NCBI GenBank assembly: GCA_963717145.1
Contig: OY970325.1
Coordinates: 2,144,001 to 2,208,000, forward strand
From: an uncultured Armatimonadetes bacterium
Lineage (GTDB): Bacteria > Armatimonadota > UBA5829 > DTJY01
Reading direction: 5' to 3'
DNA: 64,000 nucleotides
Shown here piece by piece: positions 8,410 to 18,411 of this stretch. Within the stretch, counting starts at the first letter, position 1. Each line of letters starts with the position of its first letter. Both the position numbers and the translations under genes were made by a program. The notes below the pieces were generated by a model. That model was not told the origin of the DNA. It worked only from the letters and a program-made list of their open reading frames with translations, and made no database searches.

Positions 8410-10404
8410 CTACTGGGGAGTGGAGATGAGTTTGATATCCTTCAGTTCCGCCCCCCGACTCCGCACGATGATGGGGAGATCCGGTCCGCCGGCCTTGGTT
8501 CCAGCGGACAAGCGGCCCGGAGACGCTACGATCAGCACCTCGTAGTCGCCGACGGGGACACCTCGGATCCGATATACTCCGCGTTCATCGGTGACCCCGA
8601 GAACACCGCCCAGACGAGCGGCTCCATCGGGGGTGGTGATGGGCTTCGGGTCTCGCCCCGTTTCCACCGGGAGAAGGCACACCCGAACATCAGCCATCGG
8701 CTTTCCGTCGCAAAGCACGCGGCCTCGGACATCGGCCCTGGGAGTGGGGCCGGCCCCTTTCGCCTTCATGCTCTGCGCGTAGGCCAGGCGCTTCTCCCAC
8801 GGGCTTAGTGAAGCCGGGTTGGCGACCTTGTCCCGGATATCCCGTTCGATACTTGACTTCACAGTCCGGCACAGAGATATCGCGTCGTCCCACCGCCCGA
8901 GCACAGACGCGACACGGAACTCCTGTAGACCGCCCTGGCGCTTAGTATTCAGCTTTGGTTTCTCCGCACGGTACCGGTTCAGCACCTCATCGTAGTCAGC
9001 CACAAGCATGGCGTTGGTGCGGTCCAGGCCCATACCACGGAGTGGATAGCCATGGTGCGGATACCTCTGATCCAGCATCCGCCCAGTCGCGATGGCCTCC
9101 CCTGGACGCCAGTTGCGCGACTCGGCGAGGTACTTCAGGTAGATCGCGCCGGAACGAAACGCGCTGTCCGGGTATTCGCGGATCAGCCGATCGCACAGGC
9201 TGATCGTCTGACCGAACCTGCCGTCCTGAGACTTGCGGGTCACCCGGCCGTCCGAATGGATGTGGATGACGGAGTTCCCGGGATGAGTCGTCTTGTCCTC
9301 CGGAGGCATGTCTATGTGGATCCACCAGCATTGGCCCTCCAGCCTGGATGCCTTCACCAGCAACTGCCGACCGGCATCGTAGTGCCTCACGAAACCGTGC
9401 GCCCAAAGTGCGAGAAAGATCGTCGGCAGGGCGATAAGCGGCACTACCGATCTGACTCGATCGAGGCGATTCTCCGGCGCAGTACTCATCACGTGTGTCG
9501 CGCTCCCGAGCACCAGCCCGCCCACCAGGCCCGTGATGCACCATATCCAGAGGGAGGATACCACCACGTCACCCTCGCTCCAGGCGGCACGGTAGCTCTG
9601 AAGGAGGAGAACGCTGTGCGCCGCGAACATCACGCCGGAGCAGACGGCTCCGAGTGCAGCGCCGATCGGAGCGCGCCGTACCATTCGGCCGCGGATGTCG
9701 CCACCGGAGCTTGCGGTAAAGATAAGACCCGTGACGGCACCGAGGACGCCGCCGATGTAGAGGCTGTATTGCAGCCACCTTGCGAAGTCGATCTCGCCAA
9801 TACCGCCCAGTAGCGCTGCCATCGGCAGCGAGAACCCGCACATACTCGATACCCCGTACATCTCCCACGACCTTCGACCGGCGTCCTGGCTCACAAAGTA
9901 CGCAACTACGCCAATCAGAAGGAGAAGCGGTGTTCCAACCGTCAGGATCGGCCAGGCCTGTCTCTTGGACTCGGCTTTTTGCTCCGGGGTCCTCCGTTTG
10001 GCCAGGCGGCCCTGCCGGACTAGTTCCACGGTGCCTGCTATTATCAGGACCCCGAGGAGGGCGAAGATCGCGCCGACACCGAAATCAAGCTCGCCGACCG
10101 TCAGTGAATACGGGATGCCGATCCATATGGCGGCGTAGATGATCGGGTAGTGGGCTGCGGTGACGGTACGAAGCCCGGCCCATGCACTGCCCGTGGCCCA
10201 ACGCCCCGCGAGCCAGACGGAGAAGATGACGAGTGCGAAGGAGAGAGGGAAAAATGTCGAGGTGAACCACGGCAGGCCACTCTCGGCCTCGGGAAGAAGT
10301 AGCCGGGTCGGGAGGAACACCTGGGCCTCGACGACGCCGAACAGGAGTCCGGCGGATCCCAACAGACCGCAGAATACGAGCACTTTGGCCCAGAGTCTAT
10401 CCAT
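8410..10404 (-). CDS. Multi-pass membrane hypothetical protein with TPR-like region and C-terminal carboxypeptidase-regulatory-like beta domain
   Basis: Own GGAGG RBS and ATG at 10404 (MDRLWAK); about 10 hydrophobic segments; C-terminal VRGRV..DGKP...TDERGVYRIRGVPVGDY. Confidence 0.7.
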   Translation of the reverse strand: MDRLWAKVLVFCGLLGSAGLLFGVVEAQVFLPTRLLLPEAESGLPWFTSTFFPLSFALVIFSVWLAGRWATGSAWAGLRTVTAAHYPIIYAAIWIGIPYSLTVGELDFGVGAIFALLGVLIIAGTVELVRQGRLAKRRTPEQKAESKRQAWPILTVGTPLLLLIGVVAYFVSQDAGRRSWEMYGVSSMCGFSLPMAALLGGIGEIDFARWLQYSLYIGGVLGAVTGLIFTASSGGDIRGRMVRRAPIGAALGAVCSGVMFAAHSVLLLQSYRAAWSEGDVVVSSLWIWCITGLVGGLVLGSATHVMSTAPENRLDRVRSVVPLIALPTIFLALWAHGFVRHYDAGRQLLVKASRLEGQCWWIHIDMPPEDKTTHPGNSVIHIHSDGRVTRKSQDGRFGQTISLCDRLIREYPDSAFRSGAIYLKYLAESRNWRPGEAIATGRMLDQRYPHHGYPLRGMGLDRTNAMLVADYDEVLNRYRAEKPKLNTKRQGGLQEFRVASVLGRWDDAISLCRTVKSSIERDIRDKVANPASLSPWEKRLAYAQSMKAKGAGPTPRADVRGRVLCDGKPMADVRVCLLPVETGRDPKPITTPDGAARLGGVLGVTDERGVYRIRGVPVGDYEVLIVASPGRLSAGTKAGGPDLPIIVRSRGAELKDIKLISTPQ

Positions 10405-10466
10405 GTCCGGTCGCCACCTCCACGGTATTAGACATACTACAGCTCGCGGAGTTGCATCGGCGCACC

Positions 10467-11331
10467 TTAACCTTTGAGCGCACCCGCGGTGAGGCCGGCG
10501 GTGATCTGGCGCTGGAAGAACATGTAGACGATCAGCGTCGGGAGCATCACCATCACCAGGCCGGCGAAAAGCGTGCCCCAGTTTGTCTCGTAGTGCTGGA
10601 CCATCATCAGGTTCTGCGATCCCGAGCGGAAGCGTGCGCAGGTTGCTGTCGGCGATGATGACGAGGGCGAGCGGATACTCGTTCCAGATGCCGAAGAAGT
10701 TGAATATCCCCGCGGTGATGAGCCCCGGTTTCGCCAGGGGAAGCATGATCCGCCAGAACGCGGTGAAGTGCGAGCAGCCGTCGATCAGCCCGGCCTCCGC
10801 GAGTTCGCCGGGGAGCGTCTTGAAGAAGCCGGTCATGATGAAGACGGTGAACGAGAGCGAGTATGCCACGTAGGCGGTGATCAGGCCGAAGTAGTTGTTC
10901 CACATGCCCAGGCTTCGGAGCAGCAGGAACAACGGGACGATGCTCAGGAACACGGGGAACATCATGCCGCTGATGAACGCCGTGTGGATCGTGCTGCTGC
11001 CTGGGAAGACGAAACGCGCGAGCGCATAGGCCGCCATCGAGCCGATCAGCAGGATGAAGAACATCGAGACGGCGGTGACGAATACGCTGTTCGCGAAGTA
11101 TTGCCCGATCCCCGCCTCAGTCCACGCACGGGTGTAGTTCTGCCACTGCATCGACACGGGGAGCTTCCAGGGGCTCTGGAACAGCTCGATCGAGGTCTTG
11201 AATGATGCCGAGACGAGCCACACCATCGGGTAGATGACGATGACGGCGTAGGCGAGCAGCATCGCGTGGAGCAGCCCGCCCTTCACGATGCCGAATGCCG
11301 AGAGTCTGGTTCTTGCTGGTTGCTTTCCCAT
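10467..11331 (-). CDS. Carbohydrate ABC transporter permease (MalG-like), +1 frameshift near 10614
   Basis: ELAEAGLIDG EAA motif; shifted frame continues NLMMVQHYETNWGTLFAG...QRQITAGLTAGALKG-stop at 10467. Confidence 0.85.
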
Positions 11332-11351
11332 GTCAGCTCAATATGTAACCT

Positions 11352-11426
11352 GGAATGTAGTGGCCGTGCCTCTGTGCCGGCCTACAACGTCACATGGCCG
11401 GCACAGAGGCACGGCCACTACATTCC
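11352..11426. repeat. GTAG-type REP-like palindrome
   Basis: 31-bp perfect arms (GGAATGTAGTGGCCGTGCCTCTGTGCCGGCC), 13-nt loop, between the two permease genes. Confidence 0.9.
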
Positions 11427-11431
11427 CGCTC

Positions 11432-12319
11432 CTAGTACTCCACCACTTCCCGCCGCATGAGGCGGATGGAGGTGACCGAGATGATGAATATCAGTATGAA
11501 CGCCACCACGCCAAGCGCGGTCGCATATCCGAAGTTGCTCTCCTCGAACGCCAGCCGGTAAAGGTAGCTCAGCATGACCTCGGTGTGATTGTTCGGGCCG
11601 CCGTCGGTCATGATGAACACCAGGCCGAAGATGTTCAGCGTGTGTATGATCAGATACACGATCGCCATCTTGAGGATCTCCCACACCAGAGGCAGGGTCA
11701 CGTGCCGGAACGACTGCCAGTTGTTCGCGCCGTCGATCAAGGCGGCTTCATAGAAGGTCTCGGGGATGCTCTGGACTCCGGCCAGGAAGAGCACGATGTA
11801 GAACCCTATCGAGTACCAGATGGTCGTGGCGATGAGCGCGTTCAATGCCATGTTCGGTTCGCCGAGCCATCCGGTGGAAGCGTACTGATCGAGCCCGATC
11901 AGCTTCAGGAGCGCGTTCAGGATCCCCATGCGCGGGTGATAGACGAACGACCACAGTACCGCCACTGCGACGACGGAGATGATGTTGGGGAATAGAAAGA
12001 CCGCCCGATAGCTTGACGATCCCCTCACCTTCTTAGCCAGCGCCACTGCGATGAACAGCGCGACCGGGATGATGATGAGCAGGGCGGCGGCCGTAAACGT
12101 GAAGTTGTGCTTCAGCGCCATCCAGAAGACCGGATCGTCGAAGAGCAGCCGCCGGAAGTTGTCGAGCCCGACGAACTCCTTGCTCCTCGAGAAGCCCCTC
12201 CATCGGAACATGGCGATGTAGAACGCCTGCGCCATCGGGAACAGGAAGAAGACGGCGTACAGCAGTCCCGCGGGCGCGAGGAATGCGAATATGGTCAGAT
12301 ATCTGTCTCGTTTGAGCAC
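11432..12319 (-). CDS. Carbohydrate ABC transporter permease (MalF/UgpA-like)
   Basis: FVGLDNF, YEAALIDGA EAA motif, TDGGPNNHT, FGYATA. Confidence 0.9.
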   Translation of the reverse strand: MLKRDRYLTIFAFLAPAGLLYAVFFLFPMAQAFYIAMFRWRGFSRSKEFVGLDNFRRLLFDDPVFWMALKHNFTFTAAALLIIIPVALFIAVALAKKVRGSSSYRAVFLFPNIISVVAVAVLWSFVYHPRMGILNALLKLIGLDQYASTGWLGEPNMALNALIATTIWYSIGFYIVLFLAGVQSIPETFYEAALIDGANNWQSFRHVTLPLVWEILKMAIVYLIIHTLNIFGLVFIMTDGGPNNHTEVMLSYLYRLAFEESNFGYATALGVVAFILIFIISVTSIRLMRREVVEY

Positions 12320-12381
12320 GGGAGTAGGTTCTAGCTACCTGGCGGAGATTCCTCTCAGCGGCCGCCCGTCAGGGCATTCGA

Positions 12382-12422
12382 CCCTCACCCCCGACCCCTC
12401 TCCCTCAGAAGGGCGAGGGGAG
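12382..12422. repeat. Short CCCTCACCCC...GAGGGG palindromic repeat
   Basis: CCCTCACCCCCGACCCCTCTCCCTCAGAAGGGCGAGGGGAG hairpin in an intergenic region. Confidence 0.6.
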
Positions 12423-12447
12423 TAATCCGCAGTCTCCGGTGCACCGT

Positions 12448-13566
12448 TCATATTCCCAACTGCATCTTAGTGCGGACCAGGTTGACGATGCTCTCCTGGG
12501 TGACCACGCCCTCGAGCTTGCCGTCACACATGACCAGCATCCGGCCCGCGTGGTCCTCCGCCATATGCATCAACGCATCGAAGGCATCATCGGTGCACTT
12601 GATGACATGCTCATCGTCGAGATGCTTGACTACATCGCTCAGTCTGGTATCCTTCCACTTCTCACGAGGGATGCTCCTCGCGTCGTTGATGCTCACGACG
12701 CCGAGGAACCGCCCGTCGTCGCTGACGGGGAACGTGCTGTAGTCGTATCTCAGCAGATAATCGTGGACGAACTCGTCCAGCGTCAGGTTTGGATCGAGAT
12801 GCGGGAAGTCCGTGCTCATCACTCGATGCACATCGACGCCGGAGAGCGCCCTCCTGAGTTGGACCTGTTGATAGCTCTGTTGTGCGGCGTTGTTCAGGAA
12901 CCATCCGATGAATACCATCCAAAGACCGCTCAGGAATCCGCCGAACAACATGGACCAGAAACCGCCAACGATGAAGAGATACGCGAACCCCTGGCCGACA
13001 GACGAGGCGATCCGAGTAGCCTTGTCAAGATCGTTCAGGACGCCCCAGAGGATCGCTCGAAAGACTCGCCCGCCGTCGAGCGGGAATCCGGGTATCAGGT
13101 TGAAAATGCCCAGCACGAGGTTGATAACCGCGAGATACCCGATGATGACCACACCGAGCCGTCCGTACAACGCCGCCCCGCCAAGTTTGAGGAGTCCGTA
13201 GAAGATGCCCGCCAGCAGGATGCTCGTCAGCGGACCGGCGATCGCCATTCTGAACTCGTTGCCGGGGGTCTGAGGCTCGGACCGCATTTTCGATACGCCG
13301 CCAAAGATAAAGAGGTTGATCCCACTGATCTCGATCCCGCTCCGAAGGGCAACCATACTGTGCATCAACTCGTGGAGGAGCACGCTGCCGAACAACAAGA
13401 GCGCTGCGATTACGCCGCCAAGCCACCTCATCGGCACGCTCAGGCCCGGCGCCATCTGCGGGAAGTAGAACGTCGCCAGGGTGTATACGATCAGCGCGAA
13501 TATGACAAACCAACTCAGGTCTACGCTGATCGGGATGCCCGCGATCTTGCCCAGTTTGAAATTCAT
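12448..13566 (-). CDS. Site-2 protease (M50 zinc metalloprotease) with CBS pair
   Basis: HELMH, AIAGP, FNLIPGFPLDGG; C-terminal CBS domains. Confidence 0.92.
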   Translation of the reverse strand: MNFKLGKIAGIPISVDLSWFVIFALIVYTLATFYFPQMAPGLSVPMRWLGGVIAALLLFGSVLLHELMHSMVALRSGIEISGINLFIFGGVSKMRSEPQTPGNEFRMAIAGPLTSILLAGIFYGLLKLGGAALYGRLGVVIIGYLAVINLVLGIFNLIPGFPLDGGRVFRAILWGVLNDLDKATRIASSVGQGFAYLFIVGGFWSMLFGGFLSGLWMVFIGWFLNNAAQQSYQQVQLRRALSGVDVHRVMSTDFPHLDPNLTLDEFVHDYLLRYDYSTFPVSDDGRFLGVVSINDARSIPREKWKDTRLSDVVKHLDDEHVIKCTDDAFDALMHMAEDHAGRMLVMCDGKLEGVVTQESIVNLVRTKMQLGI

Positions 13567-13622
13567 ATGAGATCACCTTACCTTCCATCCCGGCTGCCGG
13601 GATCGAGTGCCTGCAGGGTTAC

Positions 13623-13649
13623 TTACCCGCGCACATCGTTCGGCAAAAC
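13623..13649 (-). promoter_or_regulatory. SigB/SigF-type promoter of the site-2 protease
   Basis: Minus strand GTTT-N17-GGGTAA. Confidence 0.6.
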
Positions 13650-13668
13650 CGGGTGCTTGGTTGTACTC

Positions 13669-13772
13669 TGTAGGAGGGATTCTCTGGGATGGCTTGTGCC
13701 CGGTAATCCCGACGGCTACCATCTGCGGTCGGGATTACCGGGCACAAGCCATCCCGTAAAATCCCTCCTACA
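13669..13772. repeat. GTAG-type long palindrome family B, copy 1
   Basis: TGTAGGAGGGATT...GGGATGGCTTGTGCCCGGTAATCCCGAC with an inverted arm; homologous to 36140-36233. Confidence 0.9.
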
Positions 13773-13805
13773 TCGCTCTCCGTAAGATGCATTCTCCCCC
13801 GGCGC

Positions 13806-13835
13806 TTGACCACTGCGGGCGGGATTTGGTACACT
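13806..13835 (+). promoter_or_regulatory. Sigma70-type promoter of porD
   Basis: TTGACC-N18-TACACT with extended -10 TG. Confidence 0.5.
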
Positions 13836-13904
13836 CTTGTTGTTTGATCGGAACGACGCGATTCGCACCGGGACACCCGGTTTCAAGAATACGAGGAGAA
13901 GACA

Positions 13905-14243
13905 GTGGCGACAGACACCAAGAACGACACGAAAGAGATTTCGAAAGAGGCCGGCTGGCGTGACCTCCCGATCGGGGGCATACTCAAGGAAGCCGGGAGT
14001 GCGGAGAAGTACCTCAGCGGAGACTGGCGCATCGAGCGGCCGATCTGGGATGCGCAGAAGTGCATCAGTTGCCTGGTGTGCTGGGCGTACTGCCCGGACA
14101 GCTCGATCATCACCAATGAAGAGGGCAAGATGACCGGGATCGACCTGGACCACTGCAAGGGTTGCGGCATCTGCGCCGAGGAGTGCCCGCCGAAGGTCAG
14201 AGCGATCGAGATGGTCGCGGAGTCGGAGTTCCGGAACAAGTAG
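13905..14243 (+). CDS. porD: Pyruvate/2-oxoacid:ferredoxin oxidoreductase delta subunit (2x[4Fe-4S])
   Basis: SGDWRIERP, CISCLVCWAYCP, CKGCGICAEECP; GAGGAG RBS. Confidence 0.85.
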   Translation: MATDTKNDTKEISKEAGWRDLPIGGILKEAGSAEKYLSGDWRIERPIWDAQKCISCLVCWAYCPDSSIITNEEGKMTGIDLDHCKGCGICAEECPPKVRAIEMVAESEFRNK

Positions 14244-14273
14244 GACCGGGAGTATCGGAGCACTAGAGTATTG

Positions 14274-14305
14274 GGGCCGAATGGGCGATCCATCCGGCCC
14301 TTTTT
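14274..14305 (+). terminator. Probable intrinsic terminator after porD
   Basis: GGGCCGAATGG...CCATCCGGCCC followed by TTTTT. Confidence 0.6.
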
Positions 14306-14347
14306 GCGTTCATGGGTCCTATGGCAGGGGGCACTGCACTCAAGATG

Positions 14348-14453
14348 TCCCCCTTACGAAGGGGGACCGGCCTCTGGGCCGAGGGGGTTTGCATCGCCGA
14401 CTGGAGTCGCCTCCCACAACAACCGCCCCCAGCACCCCTTCGTAAGGAGGGGA
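14348..14453. repeat. CCCCCTTACGAAGGGGG-type degenerate palindromic repeat
   Basis: TCCCCCTTACGAAGGGGGA...CCCCTTCGTAAGGAGGGGA inverted pair. Confidence 0.55.
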
Positions 14454-14493
14454 GTTCTCGGGCGGCATCGAAGCACTCCAGTGGAGGCGCTGA

Positions 14494-16191
14494 ATGAGAC
14501 GTTACCGCATATGCATGCTTGTCGCCGCAATCCTGGCAGCAGTCGTCTGCCATGCCGAGGAGGTACAGCAGTTGAAGAACACCGCTTTCACTGTGTGGGT
14601 CGCCGATCCGCTCATCAAGATCCTGCCGGATACTCCCGTGCCGCCCAGACCGGCCGCTCGCGTCAGTGTCGATGCCGTCCGGAATGAGTACGAATCGGCG
14701 CAGATTATCATCACAGCCGTGGAGAAGCTCGAAAGCGTCTCAGTGACTCCCAGCGCGCTCTCGGGCCCGTCGAAGATCGTGCCGCGCGTGGAGGCCCACT
14801 TCCTCGGCTTCGTGCCGGTGAAGAGAGGCACCACCGACACCCCGCCGGAGGATCTGGCGGTGAAGTCGCCGGCTGATGTGCCCGATCCACTGCTCGAGAC
14901 GGAATCGGTTCTGATCGAGGCCGGGAAGAGCCAACCGATCTGGCTCACCGTTTACGTCCCGAAGCGCACTCCGCCCGGCGACTACAAAGGGACCGTCGAG
15001 ATCGCTACCTCACGGGGCAGGTCATGTATGCCGCTGACGGTCTACGTCCACCCGGTCACATTGCCGGACGAACGGACGCTGTTCCTCACCAACTGGTTCT
15101 CGACCGGCAACATCGCGAGCGGGCACAAGTTGGAGAAGTGGAGTGAGCCGTACTGGACGATGCTGGGGGCCTACGCGCGTGTAATGGCCGACCACCGTCA
15201 GAACGTCGTCATCACACCGATTATGGAGTTGATCAAGGGGCGCGACGACGGCAAGGGCAACCTCACGTTCGATTTCACGCGGTTCGACCGCTGGGTCGAA
15301 TTGTTCAAGAAGGCCGGAGTGATCGGGACGATCGAGGGCGGCCACCTCGGGGGACGGAGCGACTGGGAAGCCAAAGACTTCAACGCGTCATGGCCGGAGA
15401 TCACCAACCCGGATGGCTCGATCAAGCCGAACCCGGCAGTCCTGACCGCCACCGATGAGGAAGAGCGCTTCCTGTCGCAGTTCCTGCCCGCGCTACAGAA
15501 CCACCTGGAGGACAATGGTCTGCTCGACAGCTACATTCAGCACCTTGCCGACGAGCCGATCCCGGCCAACGCAGAGAGCTACAAGAAGCTATCGTCGTTC
15601 GTGCGGAAGTACGCGCCGAAGTTGAGGATCATCGACGCGAGTATGTGCACCGAGATCGCCGGCGCGATCGACGTATGGGTGCCCCAGCCGCCGGAATACG
15701 AACAGAAGCTGCAGTTCTTCACGGAGCGGCAGAAGGCCGGCGACGAGATCTGGTTCTACACGTGCCTCGCACCGAAGGGCAAGTACATGAACCGCTTCAT
15801 CGACTACCAGCTCATCAAGACGCGGCTGCTGCACTGGGTCAACTTCAAGTATGGCCTCACGGGATATCTGCACTGGGGGTTCAACTACTGGCAGGCCGAC
15901 CCATTCGCCGATCTCGAACCGAATTGGGGCGGGGATACGCACCTTCCGCCGGGCGACTCGCACATCGTTTACCCTGGCAAGTACGGCCCGCTGAGTTCGA
16001 TACGCCTGGAGGCGCTCCGAGACGGCGTCGAAGACTTCGAGCTGCTCAAGCTCCTCGAGAAGAAAGACCCGAAGAAGGCGCGCGCGATCTGCGACTCGAT
16101 CGTGACATCACTGACCGACTACACTCGAGATCCCGGCGAGTTCAGGAGAGCAAGGGCTCGGCTCATCGAGAGCCTGGAGTCAGACGATTAG
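14494..16191 (+). CDS. Secreted DUF4091 / GH123-like glycoside hydrolase
   Basis: Signal peptide; RNEYESAQ, HLADEP, IWFYTC, GYLHWGFNYW, PGDSHIVYPG, SSIRLEALRDGVEDFE. Confidence 0.8.
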   Translation: MRRYRICMLVAAILAAVVCHAEEVQQLKNTAFTVWVADPLIKILPDTPVPPRPAARVSVDAVRNEYESAQIIITAVEKLESVSVTPSALSGPSKIVPRVEAHFLGFVPVKRGTTDTPPEDLAVKSPADVPDPLLETESVLIEAGKSQPIWLTVYVPKRTPPGDYKGTVEIATSRGRSCMPLTVYVHPVTLPDERTLFLTNWFSTGNIASGHKLEKWSEPYWTMLGAYARVMADHRQNVVITPIMELIKGRDDGKGNLTFDFTRFDRWVELFKKAGVIGTIEGGHLGGRSDWEAKDFNASWPEITNPDGSIKPNPAVLTATDEEERFLSQFLPALQNHLEDNGLLDSYIQHLADEPIPANAESYKKLSSFVRKYAPKLRIIDASMCTEIAGAIDVWVPQPPEYEQKLQFFTERQKAGDEIWFYTCLAPKGKYMNRFIDYQLIKTRLLHWVNFKYGLTGYLHWGFNYWQADPFADLEPNWGGDTHLPPGDSHIVYPGKYGPLSSIRLEALRDGVEDFELLKLLEKKDPKKARAICDSIVTSLTDYTRDPGEFRRARARLIESLESDD

Positions 16192-16548
16192 GCTGCACAA
16201 GTCTTCTACGCCGCTGAACGTGTAACCGGACGGAAGGGCCTCGATCGCCGACATAGCCGACGGGGATGCGTTCCGATCTCGCGCGTGCTGGATCACGGCC
16301 TCGCGTTGGGCCGGGAACGGCGCACCGATCAGAACTTGTATTACTTCGAGGTGGCATTGTACCCGAGCGTTTTCGCATACCTCTGAGATATTCTCGTACA
16401 TGCGCTGGTCATCGAGTTGGTCGAGGCTGACTATGACCGCCTCCGGAGCGTCCTTCCTCTCCGCGTACTCGATCAACTCGTGCCTGGTGGCCGGGAACGA
16501 GAGCCCGTCCAGAGCCTTGAAGACATCCCTGCTGCAATATAGCGCCAT
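16180..16548 (-). CDS. Tandem DUF2795-domain protein
   Basis: Two repeats: LDGLSFPATRHELIEYA / LIGAPFPAQREAVIQHA; GAGG RBS. Confidence 0.75.
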   Translation of the reverse strand: MALYCSRDVFKALDGLSFPATRHELIEYAERKDAPEAVIVSLDQLDDQRMYENISEVCENARVQCHLEVIQVLIGAPFPAQREAVIQHARDRNASPSAMSAIEALPSGYTFSGVEDLCSLIV

Positions 16549-16580
16549 AGCCCACACCTCTTTCCTGGTTTGCCTTAGGT

Positions 16581-16607
16581 ATTCCCGTGACCGGCGACTC
16601 TCCAAAC
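16581..16607 (-). promoter_or_regulatory. SigB/SigF-type promoter of the DUF2795 gene
   Basis: Minus strand GTTT-N17-GGGAAT. Confidence 0.6.
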
Positions 16608-18196
16608 TAGCGGGCTTTGACGATCAGAACGGCCATATCATCGGAGATCCGGTCATGACAGAAGGCACAGACGCTGGAGTGTATGCTGTCCACCAGTGTT
16701 TCCGGCTCCTCGTGGCGATGCTCCTGGGCCACCTGACAGAGCCTTTCGATCTCGAACATATCACCGTTCGACCTGGCCTCGATGAGTCCATCCGTGTACC
16801 CTATCAGCAGGTCACCGGGACGCAGCGCTAGTGACCGCTCAACGTATGTAATGTCGCCGAATATCCCGAGGGGCGGCTGCTGATCGGGACATGGAATGCA
16901 GGAGACCTCGCCGTCGGAACGAACCAGCACGCACGGAGGATGGCCGGCGCTAGCGTAGGTGACGGCACACGTCTCAGCGTCTATCACGGCGAAGAACATC
17001 GTTATGAACCCCCACTCTCGACTGGTTCTCGACAGTGCGGCATTGGCCCGTGTCAGAACATCCGCCGGTGATGGGTTCTCGGAGGCAAAGGCCCTTATTG
17101 TGTATTTGCCCATAGCGGTGTAGACGGCGGCCTCCAGGCCCTTGCCCGATACGTCGGCGATGAGGATGCCGATGCGGTTCTCGGACAACTGGATATAGTC
17201 GTAGAAATCGCCGCCCACCTCCGCGAAATCGAGCGCCGGATAGTACCCTGTGCTCAAGAGCAGCTTCCTGACCTCACGCGGGATCCAAGGCAGCAGGCCC
17301 TTCTGCAGCACCTCGGCTATGTTCTTCTCTCGCTCGAATAGCTGCGCATTCTCGATCGCAACCGCCGCAAGTTCCGCAAGGTTGCGGGTGGCCTCGATGC
17401 TCTCAGCGTTGAATGTGGAATACTCGCCCGGATTATCGATGACAGCCGCGCCCACGAAACGGCCTGCATGTGCGATCGGTATGATCAAAGCGTTTCTCAC
17501 CGCCGCCTCCGGAGGAAGGTTCTCGGCCGGCCAGGACTTCGTCTCGACATCCGTCACGACTATTGGCTTCAACTCCTTTACCACCTGGAGGAGTTCGCTG
17601 TCGAGATCCGCGAGGCTGAGGGTATAGGACTCCAAAACGTCCCGGTGCTGAATGCCCCATCCCGTCGTGCCGACGACGGAGTTGCCTTTACGGAGGAGGA
17701 TGATGCAGCGTTTGGCCCGAATCAGCTCAGCGAGTCCCCTGGCGATGACCTGCAGCTTGTCCGTCAGACTCACGGTCACCACAACGCCCTCCGCCATGCT
17801 GTATAGCGCCTCGACCTGCCGGCTCTGCCTTCTCTGCACGTCCAGCGCCGCCCGAAGCTCCGAGTCGTGGGATTCCAGAGCATCGGCCATTTCGTTGAAC
17901 CTGTCGCCGAGGAACTCGAGTTCGTCGCCGGTCCGGATCTGGGATCGCGCATCGAGCTTGCCCTCCCCGAAAGCGCGTACGGTTTCTGCGAGCACCAGAA
18001 CGGGACGGGACAGTCTGTTGCCGAGGTAGATCGCGAGGCCTACCACCAACAGCGTGAGTGCGGCCACGAAGAGCATCACCTCGCGGCGGTGCTCCCAGAA
18101 GCTTGTAGGACGTGCAACCAAGCTCCAGATGACGAGCGGGAGTAAGACGAGGAGGCTCGCGAGAATGAGCTTACTCCGAATGTGCCTGATGCGCAT
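16607..18196 (-). CDS. RsbU/SpoIIE-family PP2C phosphatase with TM, HAMP and GAF domains
   Basis: EVGGDFYD, IADVSGKG, ASAGHPP, YTDGLIEAR, DDMAVL; GGGAGG RBS. Confidence 0.92.
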   Translation of the reverse strand: MRIRHIRSKLILASLLVLLPLVIWSLVARPTSFWEHRREVMLFVAALTLLVVGLAIYLGNRLSRPVLVLAETVRAFGEGKLDARSQIRTGDELEFLGDRFNEMADALESHDSELRAALDVQRRQSRQVEALYSMAEGVVVTVSLTDKLQVIARGLAELIRAKRCIILLRKGNSVVGTTGWGIQHRDVLESYTLSLADLDSELLQVVKELKPIVVTDVETKSWPAENLPPEAAVRNALIIPIAHAGRFVGAAVIDNPGEYSTFNAESIEATRNLAELAAVAIENAQLFEREKNIAEVLQKGLLPWIPREVRKLLLSTGYYPALDFAEVGGDFYDYIQLSENRIGILIADVSGKGLEAAVYTAMGKYTIRAFASENPSPADVLTRANAALSRTSREWGFITMFFAVIDAETCAVTYASAGHPPCVLVRSDGEVSCIPCPDQQPPLGIFGDITYVERSLALRPGDLLIGYTDGLIEARSNGDMFEIERLCQVAQEHRHEEPETLVDSIHSSVCAFCHDRISDDMAVLIVKAR

Positions 18197-18360
18197 GTCG
18201 GCCTCCCTGCCGAACGGCAATCAAAGGCGCATCATACCTCCTGCGCGCTCCGCCTGGTCGCTTCTGCCGGAAACAAGCGCGCCAAGCGGCGTCTAATGCG
18301 GTGAAGCGTACCATATGTACCCAGGCGGCAAGAGACACTAATCGGTGTTCCGGCGGCGTT

Positions 18361-18390
18361 TTGACCGACGGTATGGGATGCCCGTATAAT
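18361..18390 (+). promoter_or_regulatory. Sigma70-type promoter of the MFS gene
   Basis: TTGACC-N18-TATAAT. Confidence 0.6.
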
Positions 18391-18411
18391 GCCTGTTGGG
18401 AGGACAGGGGA

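Noticed and set aside
8410-11331. 973-aa ABC permease fusion in the ORF track
   Set aside because: A +1 indel near 10614 joins two genes; the true permease C-terminus and stop (10467) lie in another frame, and the second gene has its own RBS and ATG
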